Origin: an uncultured Bacilli bacterium
GTDB lineage: Bacteria; Bacillota_I; Bacilli_A; RFN20; CAG-826
Assembly (NCBI GenBank): GCA_905236535.1
Contig: CAJOQN010000006.1
Location: forward strand, 3,484 to 67,483
DNA length: 64,000 bases
Direction: 5' to 3'
The notes under the pieces are model-generated. The model saw only the letters and a list, made by a program, of their open reading frames with translations, ran no database searches and was not told the DNA's origin. A program made the translations under genes and the position numbers. Below, in pieces: positions 10,296 to 19,785 of this stretch (positions are counted from its first letter, which is position 1; each line of letters opens with the position of its first letter).

Positions 10296-10460
10296 AAAGT
10301 CATACCTACTTATAATAATAAACGTTATAAATAACGAGTTTACATTTATTATAAAACCTTGTTTTCAATATCACAATATATAAATACTACACAAAAGATG
10401 GAATATTGTTTTCACCAATGTTCTAATTCATCGATGTATAATAATTATCGAGGAAAAAAT

Positions 10461-11801
10461 ATGAATAATAGTAAAGTTGGAATAAGAAAATGGCTCTCTT
10501 TTATCCTTGCGGGGTTTGTTGGTCAAATCGCCTGGGCTATTGAAAATAATTATTTAAATCTTTATGTGTTTGACTGCACTAGTCAGTACAATTTTATCCC
10601 AATTATGACCGCTTGTAGTGCGGCTGCGGCCACTCTTACCACCCTTTTAATGGGTGCGGTATCCGATCGAATTGGTAAAAGAAAATCTTTAATCTCCTTT
10701 GGCTATATCATCTGGGGTGTATCCATAATTCTATTTGCTTTCTTAGATCCAGGTTCAACCTTATCGTTCGTGAATGGTTCAGTCATGATGTCCGGAGTTA
10801 TGATTGTGGTCATGGACTGCGTTATGACCTTCTTTGGAAGCACCGCAAACGATGCCGCCTTTAACGCTTTTGTCACCGATAACACTAACGAACGTAACCG
10901 CGGAAAAGTTGAAAGTGTTCTTTCAGTATTCCCCCTTATCTCGATGATTTTAGTGGTGCTCGTAGGCGGTTTCCTTGTCGAAGACAAGAGCAACACTCAT
11001 TGGGACATCTTCTTTTATATTTTTGGGGGTATCACTATTATCTCTGGTATTATTTGTATCTTCCTTTTACCAAAAGATATCAAAGGTCCAAATAAAGAAG
11101 AAAATTACTTCCAAAACGTTATTCATGGATTCAAACCATCAGTTATTAAAAACAACAAGATCTTATATATCGTTTTAGCGGCTTTTATGGTCTTCTCAAT
11201 TGGCATTCAATGCTTTATGCCATATTTTATGGTCTATGTCCAACAGGCTTTAAATATCAAAGAGATGGATTTCACTATTACTTTAGGGGTTGTTTTATTA
11301 AGCGCTTCTATAATCACGGTGGTAGTTGGAGCGTTCATGGATAAGATTGGAAAGAATAGATTAATCTTCCCTGCTCTAGGCTTAAATATACTGGGTGGAA
11401 TTATCATGTTCTTTGTCAGAGAAAAAGTTGGAGTCATGATTGGTGGAACAATCCTGATGAGTGGCTATTTATTAGGCACGGCGGTTTTAGGAGCGAAAAT
11501 TAGAGATTACACTCCCACAAAAGAAACGGGTTTGTTCCAAGGCGTAAGAATGATATTCGCTGTTCTTATCCCAATGGTGACTGGGCCTTATATTGGTTTA
11601 GGAGTCTCTAACATCAACGCGGTAACTTACACGAATGAATATGGCATTGAAGTCACGAGACCTAATGAATACATCTTCTTATTTACTAGCATTGTCTTAT
11701 TGTTAACATTTATTCCAGTCATCTTTATGCTTATCGAAGAAAAGAAAGCTAAATTGGTGACGCAAGAAGTTAAAGAGGAAAACAATGAAACCACTATCTG
11801 A
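10461..11801 (+). CDS. Glycoside-pentoside-hexuronide (GPH)/MFS-type sugar:cation symporter
   Basis: ORF 10359..11801 begins with a TTG alternative start; the ATG at 10461 follows a GAGGA SD. About 12 TM segments. Its 3' end overlaps the GH2 gene by 17 nt. Confidence 0.65.
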   Translation: MNNSKVGIRKWLSFILAGFVGQIAWAIENNYLNLYVFDCTSQYNFIPIMTACSAAAATLTTLLMGAVSDRIGKRKSLISFGYIIWGVSIILFAFLDPGSTLSFVNGSVMMSGVMIVVMDCVMTFFGSTANDAAFNAFVTDNTNERNRGKVESVLSVFPLISMILVVLVGGFLVEDKSNTHWDIFFYIFGGITIISGIICIFLLPKDIKGPNKEENYFQNVIHGFKPSVIKNNKILYIVLAAFMVFSIGIQCFMPYFMVYVQQALNIKEMDFTITLGVVLLSASIITVVVGAFMDKIGKNRLIFPALGLNILGGIIMFFVREKVGVMIGGTILMSGYLLGTAVLGAKIRDYTPTKETGLFQGVRMIFAVLIPMVTGPYIGLGVSNINAVTYTNEYGIEVTRPNEYIFLFTSIVLLLTFIPVIFMLIEEKKAKLVTQEVKEENNETTI

Positions 11802-13458
11802 GTATCCAAGACCTCAATTAGAAAGAGATAGTTATATTTCTCTTAATGGTGTTTGGGAATACGCAATTCGTAAAGAAGCGGATATCCCTGAATCTTTTGA
11901 TGGTGGAATCCTTGTCCCTTATTCTCCAGAAACACCTTTAAGTGGAGTCAATAAAACCGTGAGGCCAGATGACTATCTTTTCTATCGCTTAAAATTCACT
12001 CTACCTAAAGATTTTATAAAAGATGAGGTCATTCTCCACTTCACCGCAGTGGATCAAATCGCTGAAGTCTATCTAAACGATGTCTATTTAGGAAAACATA
12101 TTGGAGGGTTTCTCCCATTCTCCTTTAAAATTAAGCCTTATTTAAGAGAGAAGAATACCTTAATTTTAAGAGTGGTAGATGTCACTGATACCTCATATCA
12201 TTCACGAGGTAAACAAAAGACAGAACGAGGAGGAATTTGGTACACTCCTCAATCTGGAATCTATATGCCTGTGTGGCTTGAAAGCGTGAACAAAAACTAC
12301 ATTGAAGAAATAAAACTCACACCCGATATCGATAACAAAAATCTTAAAATTTACGTAAAAAGTGCCGCAAAAAGCGTATATTTTTCGCTAAATCAAGAAA
12401 AATTAGAGATTGAAACCAATAAAGAAGTTGAAATTAAAATAAACGATTTACGGCTTTGGTCTCCAGAAGATCCATATCTTTATTATTTCACTTTGGAAAG
12501 CGATGATGACAAGGTAAAATCCTATTTTGCGATGAGAAAAATCTCGACGATATTCAATGATAAAAAGCAAAGAATCATCTGCTTAAATAATAAACCATAT
12601 TTTATGCGTGGGGTCTTAGACCAAGGTTATTATCACGACGGCTTCTTAACTCCAAAAAGTTATGAGGAATATATTAAAGATATTAAGCTTGCGAAAGATT
12701 TGGGGTTTAACACAATCCGCAAACATATCAAGATAGAACCACTCCGTTGGTATTACGAATGCGATAAGATTGGAATGCTCGTGTGGCAAGATTTTGTCAA
12801 CGCTGGTGAATCATATATCTATTGGATTACAACCTGGCCTATTCTTCTTAAATTTCATATTCCAGATACCTGGCATGGTATTTTAAGAAGAAAAGATCTC
12901 GATGGAAGAAGAGAAACTCTCCAAGAATTTAAAGATACGATTAATTATTTATATAATTATCCTTGTATTGTTCTTTGGACAATCTTCAATGAAGGTTGGG
13001 GACAATTTGATTCTAAAAAGGTCTATAAAGAAATTAAACCATTAGACAACACAAGATTATTTGACCATGCTTCAGGATGGCATGACCAAGGCATAAGCGA
13101 TGTCAAATCGATGCACGTCTATTTTAGAAGAGCAAAGATGCCATTTAAATTCCATCAAAAGAAGCGCGCATTAGTGATTTCTGAAATCGGAGCGTTCATT
13201 TATCCAATTAAGGGCCATATGATGGAAGGTAAAAATGTTTATGACGTCTTTGAGACCGGCGATAAATGGCTTAAACAATATGAGGATTTCATTAATCTTG
13301 ATATCGTTAAAAACATTCCTAAAGGTTTATGCGCGTTTATCTACACTCAACTTAGTGATGTTGAAGAAGAACTTAATGGCTTTATCACTTATGATCGAGA
13401 AGTTCTTAAAATACCAACCGAAATAATAAAAGCCCTCAATGAGAAGGCTACTTATTAA
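11785..13458 (+). CDS. Glycoside hydrolase family 2-like enzyme (beta-galactosidase / beta-glucuronidase / beta-mannosidase class)
   Basis: 557 aa. N-terminal sugar-binding domain pattern (PRPQLERDSYISLNGVWEY ... HFTAVDQIAEVYLNDVYLGKHIGGFLPF). TIM-barrel pattern (LGFNTIRKHIKIEP...CDKIGMLVWQDF) and a WTIFNEGWG acid/base-like NE motif. Confidence 0.6.
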   Translation: MKPLSEYPRPQLERDSYISLNGVWEYAIRKEADIPESFDGGILVPYSPETPLSGVNKTVRPDDYLFYRLKFTLPKDFIKDEVILHFTAVDQIAEVYLNDVYLGKHIGGFLPFSFKIKPYLREKNTLILRVVDVTDTSYHSRGKQKTERGGIWYTPQSGIYMPVWLESVNKNYIEEIKLTPDIDNKNLKIYVKSAAKSVYFSLNQEKLEIETNKEVEIKINDLRLWSPEDPYLYYFTLESDDDKVKSYFAMRKISTIFNDKKQRIICLNNKPYFMRGVLDQGYYHDGFLTPKSYEEYIKDIKLAKDLGFNTIRKHIKIEPLRWYYECDKIGMLVWQDFVNAGESYIYWITTWPILLKFHIPDTWHGILRRKDLDGRRETLQEFKDTINYLYNYPCIVLWTIFNEGWGQFDSKKVYKEIKPLDNTRLFDHASGWHDQGISDVKSMHVYFRRAKMPFKFHQKKRALVISEIGAFIYPIKGHMMEGKNVYDVFETGDKWLKQYEDFINLDIVKNIPKGLCAFIYTQLSDVEEELNGFITYDREVLKIPTEIIKALNEKATY

Positions 13459-13942
13459 GACTATCGATATAATCGATATATTCTTTTAAAATATCATCTA
13501 GAGATTTCTTAAGAGGAATCTCTATTTTTTCTTCTTCAATTATTCTTTCAATAACATATTCAATATCCATAGAGTGATATAAAGGGTAACGATCCATCAA
13601 CATCTTTGGGGAGATATATTGATATAGTTTTGATGATGGTATTTCATATGTGAAGCACCAATATCGATAGACATAACCAACCCAATATAAAACATCTTTA
13701 TTGAAAGAAATATTTTGGCCGTGTTTTGTTTCACCATATTGATCGTTGATGTTCTCCACGAATGTTTGATTAGAGGAGGATTCAATTAAAATTGATAAGT
13801 CATCAAAGCGTTCAGCGAGATGTGAAAACATGAAACGCCTTATAAAAATGTTAGGAGAACACCTGGAAAAGTCTCGATAATCACTAAAGAGTGAGGCTTG
13901 TAATTTACAAAGAATTAAGCCGTTATAATCCATCTTTCTCAT
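13448..13942 (-). CDS. DUF3791-like protein, partner of the upstream DUF3990-like gene (family assignment from memory)
   Basis: 164 aa. Its start overlaps the upstream gene by 4 nt (ATGA-type coupling). C-terminal half carries a YxYxSPxxLxDxYxLYHxMDxEYVIE pattern. Confidence 0.4.
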   Translation of the reverse strand: MRKMDYNGLILCKLQASLFSDYRDFSRCSPNIFIRRFMFSHLAERFDDLSILIESSSNQTFVENINDQYGETKHGQNISFNKDVLYWVGYVYRYWCFTYEIPSSKLYQYISPKMLMDRYPLYHSMDIEYVIERIIEEEKIEIPLKKSLDDILKEYIDYIDSLNK

Positions 13943-14787
13943 TTGAAGACCTCACTGATGGAAAGACCTTTTCCAAAATATTCTTTATAAGCGTTTCGGA
14001 TATAACTTTCTCCCTCATTTATTTCTTGTATCTTTTTGCTCTTAGCGGCATTTTTTTCTTCTTTAGAAACATAAAGCCTTTCTAAAAGATTTAATTGTTT
14101 TAAAGCTTTTTCACTTTTGATAACTATCTGCTTTCCAAGTGATAATTTTTTGATCGCATGAATGGCTTGCTCACTAGAGATTGCGGAATTGACAAAATCA
14201 TCAATAGTCGAAAACATTCTATTATCCGCGATTGGGGCAATGATAACATCATAGTCATTTACCATATTTGACAATTGATTGTATAAAGATGTTTGATGAT
14301 ATTCCTCTAATTTTCCACGATTTAAAGCAATTAATAACATCCAATTTAAAGAAACATCTAAATCTAGGATTTTTAAATCATCATAAATCATATCAAAGAC
14401 ATAGATTGATCCTTCGTTAGTGAAAGAGACAAAATCTAAAGATTGCTCATAATTATCCCCCAAATAAAAGCCACTTCCAAAATCTAAAAAGCGATGAGAA
14501 TGATTTAAATCAAGAGGGCCTACGACTTCATTTTTACTTCCATGGAATAATAAGATTTGATGATTATTATTTTTAAAAGCCTCAATCTTAATTCTATTGA
14601 GATCAATGTGGTTAACAAAGAGGTATCCATAAAACTTTTCAAGTATTTCATTTGATGGTTTTATCATCCCGTTTTTAATTCTAGATACCGCTTCAAAGGA
14701 GATGCCTAAAACACCACAAAATTTTTCTAAGGAAATATCTTTGAATTTACAAATAAACAACAAATCTTCGATGAATTTATATTCCAT
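13939..14787 (-). CDS. HTH (XRE-like) - DUF3990-like fusion protein
   Basis: 282 aa. N-terminal helix-turn-helix-like segment (GVLGISFEAVSRIKNG), then LLFHGS...LDFGSGFYLGDNYEQSLDF, which I associate with DUF3990. Confidence 0.45.
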   Translation of the reverse strand: MEYKFIEDLLFICKFKDISLEKFCGVLGISFEAVSRIKNGMIKPSNEILEKFYGYLFVNHIDLNRIKIEAFKNNNHQILLFHGSKNEVVGPLDLNHSHRFLDFGSGFYLGDNYEQSLDFVSFTNEGSIYVFDMIYDDLKILDLDVSLNWMLLIALNRGKLEEYHQTSLYNQLSNMVNDYDVIIAPIADNRMFSTIDDFVNSAISSEQAIHAIKKLSLGKQIVIKSEKALKQLNLLERLYVSKEEKNAAKSKKIQEINEGESYIRNAYKEYFGKGLSISEVFK

Positions 14788-14849
14788 ATAAGAACATAAT
14801 AAAATAGTAGTTGCGTTTTGGCAACCACTATTTATATGGATAATGTATA

Positions 14850-14882
14850 AATAAAACCGGCTTTGCCGGTCTTATTTATTTT
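14850..14882. terminator. Bidirectional rho-independent terminator between the feo operon and the HTH-DUF3990-like gene
   Basis: Hairpin ACCGGC-TTT-GCCGGT flanked by A-runs and T-runs on both strands. Confidence 0.6.
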
Positions 14883-15079
14883 GAATATGTATCGTGATAT
14901 TCTTCGAGCATTTTTTGACAGTTGACTTTGTTGCACTGCCCATTACAATGCTTGCAGTTTGATGAGCAACAATCGCCAGTTAAAGATTTCCCTTTTTTCT
15001 TTAAATAGAAATTAAGGAAGATAACTGATCCTACGAAGAGGACTACGAAAACGATAATTAAATATTCCCACCACTGCAT
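14876..15079 (-). CDS. FeoB-associated Cys-rich small membrane protein
   Basis: 67 aa. One TM helix followed by a Cys cluster (GDCCSSNCKHCNGQCNKVNCQ). Sits immediately downstream of feoB. Confidence 0.65.
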   Translation of the reverse strand: MQWWEYLIIVFVVLFVGSVIFLNFYLKKKGKSLTGDCCSSNCKHCNGQCNKVNCQKMLEEYHDTYSK

Positions 15080-15082
15080 AAA

Positions 15083-17389
15083 TTAGGCCTCGTTTTGTAA
15101 GTGTCTTTTTTGACGGATATTGACCATGACACCCGCGCCTACGACTAAACCGATAAGGGCTAATGTCACTAAGATACCTGCCCAAATGGCAACGATATAT
15201 AGCATTCCAACCCAATAGACAACGAAGGCAGCGCCATAGCTCATTATGAGCCACCAAGCAAGAGTAAGCCAGAATTCTTTACCTTTTTGTTCGCCATAGG
15301 CGGCACCGATAGCGGCAAAGCATGGGAAGGTGAATAAATTATAAAGAGCAAAGCTATAAACACCAGCAGCGTTCAAAGCAATGGTGCTTTCGTCTAATCC
15401 AAGTTCACCCATGGTCGCGACAACATCTTCTTTCGCGATAAGTCCAGTAAAGGTGGAAACAGTGTATTTCCAACCATCCGCACCTTGAGCCCATCCTAAA
15501 GGATAATAGACATATGATAATCCTCTACCGATATAGGAAAGGAGAGAATTCTCGATATGAAGAACCCATTCAAATTCACCAGTGCCCACTCCTTCTTCCA
15601 TAATCTCTTCAGAGAACATCAAGAATCTGAATGCTCCGTCTTCCCATCCAAAGGATTTTAAGAACCAAATAACAATTGTGGAAGCGGCGATGATCGTGCC
15701 GGCTTTAATGACATAGTGTTTAAGTTTTTCCCAAAGCAAGGCAATAACATTTCTTGCTTGTGGAAGGTGATATGCTGGTAACTCCATGATAAATGGAGAA
15801 ACATATTGATCTCTAGAGAATAATTTCATGAAGATAGCGTAGACCACCGCGGCAGCAATACCGCCGATATAGATAGAATAAACAAATAAATCTCCGCCCC
15901 ATCCAATCCATGTTCCAACCATGGCTAATAAAGTCCAAATTGGAGCTTTGGCACCACAGGAGAAACAAGTCATTAATCTAATCGTTCTATTCTTTTCTCT
16001 TTCATCTTCAAGAGTTCTGGTGGCCATAATCGCAGGAACCGAGCAACCAAAACCAGTGAGCATTGGAATAAAAGCTTTTCCAGAAAGCCCGAATTTTCTA
16101 AAGGCTCTATCAAGGATAAAGGCCACACGGGACATATAACCACTATCCTCAAGAATAGCGATAAAGAAGAATAATAAGAGTATTTGTGGAATGAATGATA
16201 AAACTGCGTCTAAACCAGCGAGTAAACCATCCAATAATAAGGAGGTATACCATTGACCACCAGGCATAAATGAATCAAATAAATCGATGATTGAGCCGGT
16301 GACCCATCCCATCCAAGATTGGAGGAATACGCCTAAAGAAGGGATTCCTTCCAAAGCTTCACCTTCATATCCCATTCCAGTGAAGAAATTAATAACTCCA
16401 GGATTTGTAATATTAAGGCCATCAGGATTACCAAATAATTTTCCAAAGGCTCCTAAGAATAAGAAATCTTCCGAAAATGTAAAGTGGAAAACCAAAAACA
16501 TGATGACTAAAAAGATTGGAATACCCCAGATACGATGGGTTAAAACCTTATCAATTCTGTCAGATTTTGTTAGTTTTTCCTTTTTTTGGCTTCCATCTTC
16601 TTCTACTTCTTGATGATGTTCATAAGTGATGGAATAGTGTTTAGAAATATAGTTATATCTCGCATCCGCGATGATGGCTTCAAAGTCATTGTCAAAGACT
16701 TCGTCGTGGAATGAAGCTTTAAACTCTTCCACCATTTGGACGAGATCAGGATGCATTTTGACTTCGATTTCATCGAGTTCAACAAGTTTAATCGCGTGGA
16801 ATAAAGGATTGTCCACTCCCTTACCTTTAAAAGCGATAACAATATCATTAACAAGATGAGATAGATTCTTGTCTTCGATGATGCTTTGTCCTTTACGTAC
16901 ATTGTTAGAAGCTTTGAAAGCTGTTTCCATTAAAGAATCTAAGTTTTCAACTTTTAAAGCTGAAATTTCAACAACTGGCACTCCGAGCTTTTCGCTTAAT
17001 TCTTGAGCATTGATTTTATCGCCTTGTTTTCTAACAACATCAGACATGTTTAAAGCGACGACGATTGGAACGTCAATTTCTAATGCTTGAGTGGTTAAAT
17101 ATAAATTTCTCTCTAAGTTAGTAGCGTCAACAATGTTGATGACACAATCTGGTTTCTCATCAAGAATATAGTTTCTAGAAATAATTTCTTCAGGAGTGTA
17201 AGGAGATAATGAATAAATGCCTGGTAAATCGATAATATTGATAGGTTCGCCAAGTTTTTTATACGTTCCTTCTTTTTTGTCGACAGTGACACCAGGCCAG
17301 TTTCCGACGTGTGCGGTGGATCCTGTCAATGAATTAAATAATGTGGTTTTTCCGCTATTTGGGTTACCGAGGAGAGCAAATCTTTTCAT
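15083..17389 (-). CDS. feoB: Ferrous iron transporter FeoB
   Basis: 768 aa. N-terminal G-domain (GNPNSGKTTLFNSLTG...DLPGIYSL...NMSD) followed by a polytopic membrane domain. Confidence 0.95.
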   Translation of the reverse strand: MKRFALLGNPNSGKTTLFNSLTGSTAHVGNWPGVTVDKKEGTYKKLGEPINIIDLPGIYSLSPYTPEEIISRNYILDEKPDCVINIVDATNLERNLYLTTQALEIDVPIVVALNMSDVVRKQGDKINAQELSEKLGVPVVEISALKVENLDSLMETAFKASNNVRKGQSIIEDKNLSHLVNDIVIAFKGKGVDNPLFHAIKLVELDEIEVKMHPDLVQMVEEFKASFHDEVFDNDFEAIIADARYNYISKHYSITYEHHQEVEEDGSQKKEKLTKSDRIDKVLTHRIWGIPIFLVIMFLVFHFTFSEDFLFLGAFGKLFGNPDGLNITNPGVINFFTGMGYEGEALEGIPSLGVFLQSWMGWVTGSIIDLFDSFMPGGQWYTSLLLDGLLAGLDAVLSFIPQILLLFFFIAILEDSGYMSRVAFILDRAFRKFGLSGKAFIPMLTGFGCSVPAIMATRTLEDEREKNRTIRLMTCFSCGAKAPIWTLLAMVGTWIGWGGDLFVYSIYIGGIAAAVVYAIFMKLFSRDQYVSPFIMELPAYHLPQARNVIALLWEKLKHYVIKAGTIIAASTIVIWFLKSFGWEDGAFRFLMFSEEIMEEGVGTGEFEWVLHIENSLLSYIGRGLSYVYYPLGWAQGADGWKYTVSTFTGLIAKEDVVATMGELGLDESTIALNAAGVYSFALYNLFTFPCFAAIGAAYGEQKGKEFWLTLAWWLIMSYGAAFVVYWVGMLYIVAIWAGILVTLALIGLVVGAGVMVNIRQKRHLQNEA

Positions 17390-17622
17390 TAATCTTTGAC
17401 CTCCACAGAAACTAATTTAGCTTCTTCTTTACGAAGTGATAATTCGTAACCACGAATGGTTACTTCGATGGGGTCTCCTAATGGAGCTTTCTTTCTAAGA
17501 TACACTTGTGCTCCTGGGGTTACTCCCATATCGAATAAGCGACGACGAAGTTTACCTTCACCTGCTACGCTTTTGATTAGGCCAGTCTCGCCTACTGCTA
17601 ATTGATCTAATGTCTTTAGCAT
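17389..17622 (-). CDS. feoA: FeoA-family protein
   Basis: 77 aa with an SH3-like FeoA pattern. Overlaps the feoB start by 1 nt. Confidence 0.8.
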   Translation of the reverse strand: MLKTLDQLAVGETGLIKSVAGEGKLRRRLFDMGVTPGAQVYLRKKAPLGDPIEVTIRGYELSLRKEEAKLVSVEVKD

Positions 17623-17646
17623 AATTTCCTACCTCTCTTAATTCGA

Positions 17647-17859
17647 TTAACCAACCATGATGGTGCGTGCTACTTCACTATTGATTGCAAGTCTTGTTCC
17701 ATTGATAAGAATCACGGTTCCACTAGGGCTTTGTTGAATAACTTCAATAGTCCGTCCTTCTAAGATTCCGAGGGACGCTAAATGGCGACGAACTTTGTCG
17801 TTTCCGCTTATTCTTCTAATAATGAATTCTTTTCCTTCAGGAACAATAGCGAGTGGCAT
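17647..17859 (-). CDS. feoA: FeoA-family protein (second copy)
   Basis: 70 aa FeoA-like protein. First gene of the operon. Confidence 0.8.
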   Translation of the reverse strand: MPLAIVPEGKEFIIRRISGNDKVRRHLASLGILEGRTIEVIQQSPSGTVILINGTRLAINSEVARTIMVG

Positions 17860-17871
17860 TTAAAACCTCCA

Positions 17872-17923
17872 TGTTAGTTAATGCTAACAAATAGATTATA
17901 TAAGCCCTCTTTTTATTTATCAA
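17872..17923 (-). promoter_or_regulatory. feo promoter (TTGATA-17-TATAAT) with an 18-bp palindromic operator TGTTAG-N6-CTAACA between the -10 box and the RBS
   Basis: Read on the minus strand: TTGATAaataaaaagagggcttaTATAATctatttGTTAGCATTAACTAACAtGGAGGttttaaATG. The inverted repeat is perfect and contains the TTAG/CTAA half-sites typical of DtxR/IdeR-type boxes. Confidence 0.55.
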
Positions 17924-17980
17924 GAAATATAATTAGATAGTGTGAACTTATTAATTATTTGAGATAAAATAAAAAATAAT

Positions 17981-18502
17981 ATGGATATTAAGAAAACATT
18001 AAACAAAGGAAATAACAACTTCAAAGATAGTGTTAACAACAATTCTTCTTTGAAAGAGAAAAATAGATCTTTATATGAGGATGGACAACACCCTTATGCT
18101 TTAATCATTACCTGCTCCGACTCTAGAGTGGTTCCAGAATATATCTTTGATAAATGGTTAGGAGAGCTCTTTGTCGTTAGAACTGCAGGTAATGTGATCA
18201 ACGAAGGTGAACTCGCCACGATTGAATATGCGATTGAGCATCTCAAAATTAAATATATTATGGTCTTAGGTCACACTCATTGTGGGGCAGTCCACGCGGC
18301 CATCCATCATGAAAAAGGTAAATACTTAGATCCCATTCTTGATAACATCGAAGAAGCTATCCAAGAAGAAAAAGATGAATATCAAGCCTCGTGGTTAAAT
18401 GCTAAAAAACAAGTAAGATATATTAAAGAAAAATTCCCCGATTTTGATGGGGAAATTGTCTCTGCAATATATAATATTGAAACCAATGTGGTGGAATATT
18501 AA
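17981..18502 (+). CDS. Beta-class carbonic anhydrase
   Basis: 173 aa. The CSDSR ... HTHCGAV zinc-ligand motifs are present. Confidence 0.85.
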   Translation: MDIKKTLNKGNNNFKDSVNNNSSLKEKNRSLYEDGQHPYALIITCSDSRVVPEYIFDKWLGELFVVRTAGNVINEGELATIEYAIEHLKIKYIMVLGHTHCGAVHAAIHHEKGKYLDPILDNIEEAIQEEKDEYQASWLNAKKQVRYIKEKFPDFDGEIVSAIYNIETNVVEY

Positions 18503-18513
18503 CCACCACTTTT

Positions 18514-19338
18514 TTATAAAGAGTAAATAAATTTAGCAACAATATCAGGCCATTTTCTATTTTCTTGATAATATTCAAAATCAAAGTCGTTTGTTTCAAA
18601 TAATCCAGGGGTGTATAACGAGCCTCCATGCTCTCCATTTTCAAATATCAATGTCTTATGTTTTACTCCGGCTTTGATTAAGGCTTCATCCATTAATTCA
18701 GTGTTTATCACATTGACAACGCTGTCGTGTCTTGTCGCAAACAAAACCGTTGGTGGATAATCTTTATCAACGTGTTTATAGACACAAAGTTTCTCTATTA
18801 AAGATGGGTCTCCTCCAGTAATGATTTGTGTGGTATTATCATGCCCATATTCAATTAAATCTAAGAGAGCATATCCTAGAGTCACACTATATGGGCGAAG
18901 ATGCTTTTCATCTACCTCTAATATCTTTGCTAATTTAGGATAACAATAGGCATAAGTACCAACGAGATGCCCACCTGCACTAAAACCAACCATATTAATC
19001 TGTTCTTTGATGACGTTGAATTCATCAGCGTGTTCATATATATAATTAACAACAAATGCGGTTTCTAGTTGAGGGATTGGATATTGTTTGTTGACTGAAT
19101 AGGTCATAACAAAGCAAGAAAAGCCCTCGATTAAAAACTTTAAAGCAACAGGGGTTCCTTCTCTAACAGAAACAAAGGCATAGCCTCCACCTGGAACAGT
19201 AATCATTGCAGGTCTTTTTAAATGAGAGGTGCCAAAATCAATATGATCAAAGTTGTAATATTCAAAATATGCACCAGAATCAGAAAACTTATCTGATAAA
19301 TCTTTTAAATAAAATCTTTTGTTTTCCATATTAAACAA
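18514..19338 (-). CDS. Alpha/beta-hydrolase fold esterase/lipase
   Basis: 274 aa. PGGGY oxyanion-hole-like motif, a GFSAGG nucleophile elbow (GxSxG), and DxxH near the C-terminus. Confidence 0.7.
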   Translation of the reverse strand: MFNMENKRFYLKDLSDKFSDSGAYFEYYNFDHIDFGTSHLKRPAMITVPGGGYAFVSVREGTPVALKFLIEGFSCFVMTYSVNKQYPIPQLETAFVVNYIYEHADEFNVIKEQINMVGFSAGGHLVGTYAYCYPKLAKILEVDEKHLRPYSVTLGYALLDLIEYGHDNTTQIITGGDPSLIEKLCVYKHVDKDYPPTVLFATRHDSVVNVINTELMDEALIKAGVKHKTLIFENGEHGGSLYTPGLFETNDFDFEYYQENRKWPDIVAKFIYSL

Positions 19339-19365
19339 ACCTCAAAAACAATTATAATATAGATT

Positions 19366-19737
19366 ATGAACTCCACAAAAAAACAATCGTACGAAGACTA
19401 TTTAGAAAGAATTTTGATGTTGTCAAAAAGTTTAAATCGCCCAATTAGAGCGATAGATATTGTTAATTCTTTTTCATATTCTAGGGCTTCTGTTTCTATC
19501 GCTCTAAAAAAGCTAGCGCAAGAGGGATATATTGTCTATAAAGACGATCAAAGCGTTGAATTAACCGAAGACGGTCTCGTTATCGCGGAAGAAACATATG
19601 ACAGACATCAAATCATTACCGAGGCTTTGCAATATATGGGGGTGTCTAGAGAAACCTCCGAAGAAGATGCTTGTAAGATAGAACATGTCATTTCAAAAGA
19701 AACGTTTGAAGCCTTAAAAAGAGTTATTAAAAAATAA
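19366..19737 (+). CDS. DtxR/MntR-family metal-dependent transcriptional regulator
   Basis: 123 aa. N-terminal winged-HTH typical of the family (YLERILMLSKSLNRPIRAIDIVNSFSYSRASVSIALKKLAQEGYI), then a dimerisation/metal-site segment. Confidence 0.75.
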   Translation: MNSTKKQSYEDYLERILMLSKSLNRPIRAIDIVNSFSYSRASVSIALKKLAQEGYIVYKDDQSVELTEDGLVIAEETYDRHQIITEALQYMGVSRETSEEDACKIEHVISKETFEALKRVIKK

Positions 19738-19738
19738 T

Positions 19739-19762
19739 GAGCGAATTAATCGCTCGTTTTTT
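19739..19762 (+). terminator. Rho-independent terminator after the regulator gene
   Basis: GAGCGA-ATTAA-TCGCTC hairpin followed by GTTTTTT. Confidence 0.65.
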
Positions 19763-19785
19763 ATGACTGTGATATTATCTTTATT

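Noticed and set aside
10316-10331. AACGTT-centred element (ATAAACGTTATAAA) in the amylase/GPH divergent promoter region as a LacI/MalR-type operator
   Set aside because: It is only a short imperfect palindrome in very AT-rich DNA. It lacks the TG/CA flanks of LacI-family operators, and no LacI-family regulator is encoded nearby.
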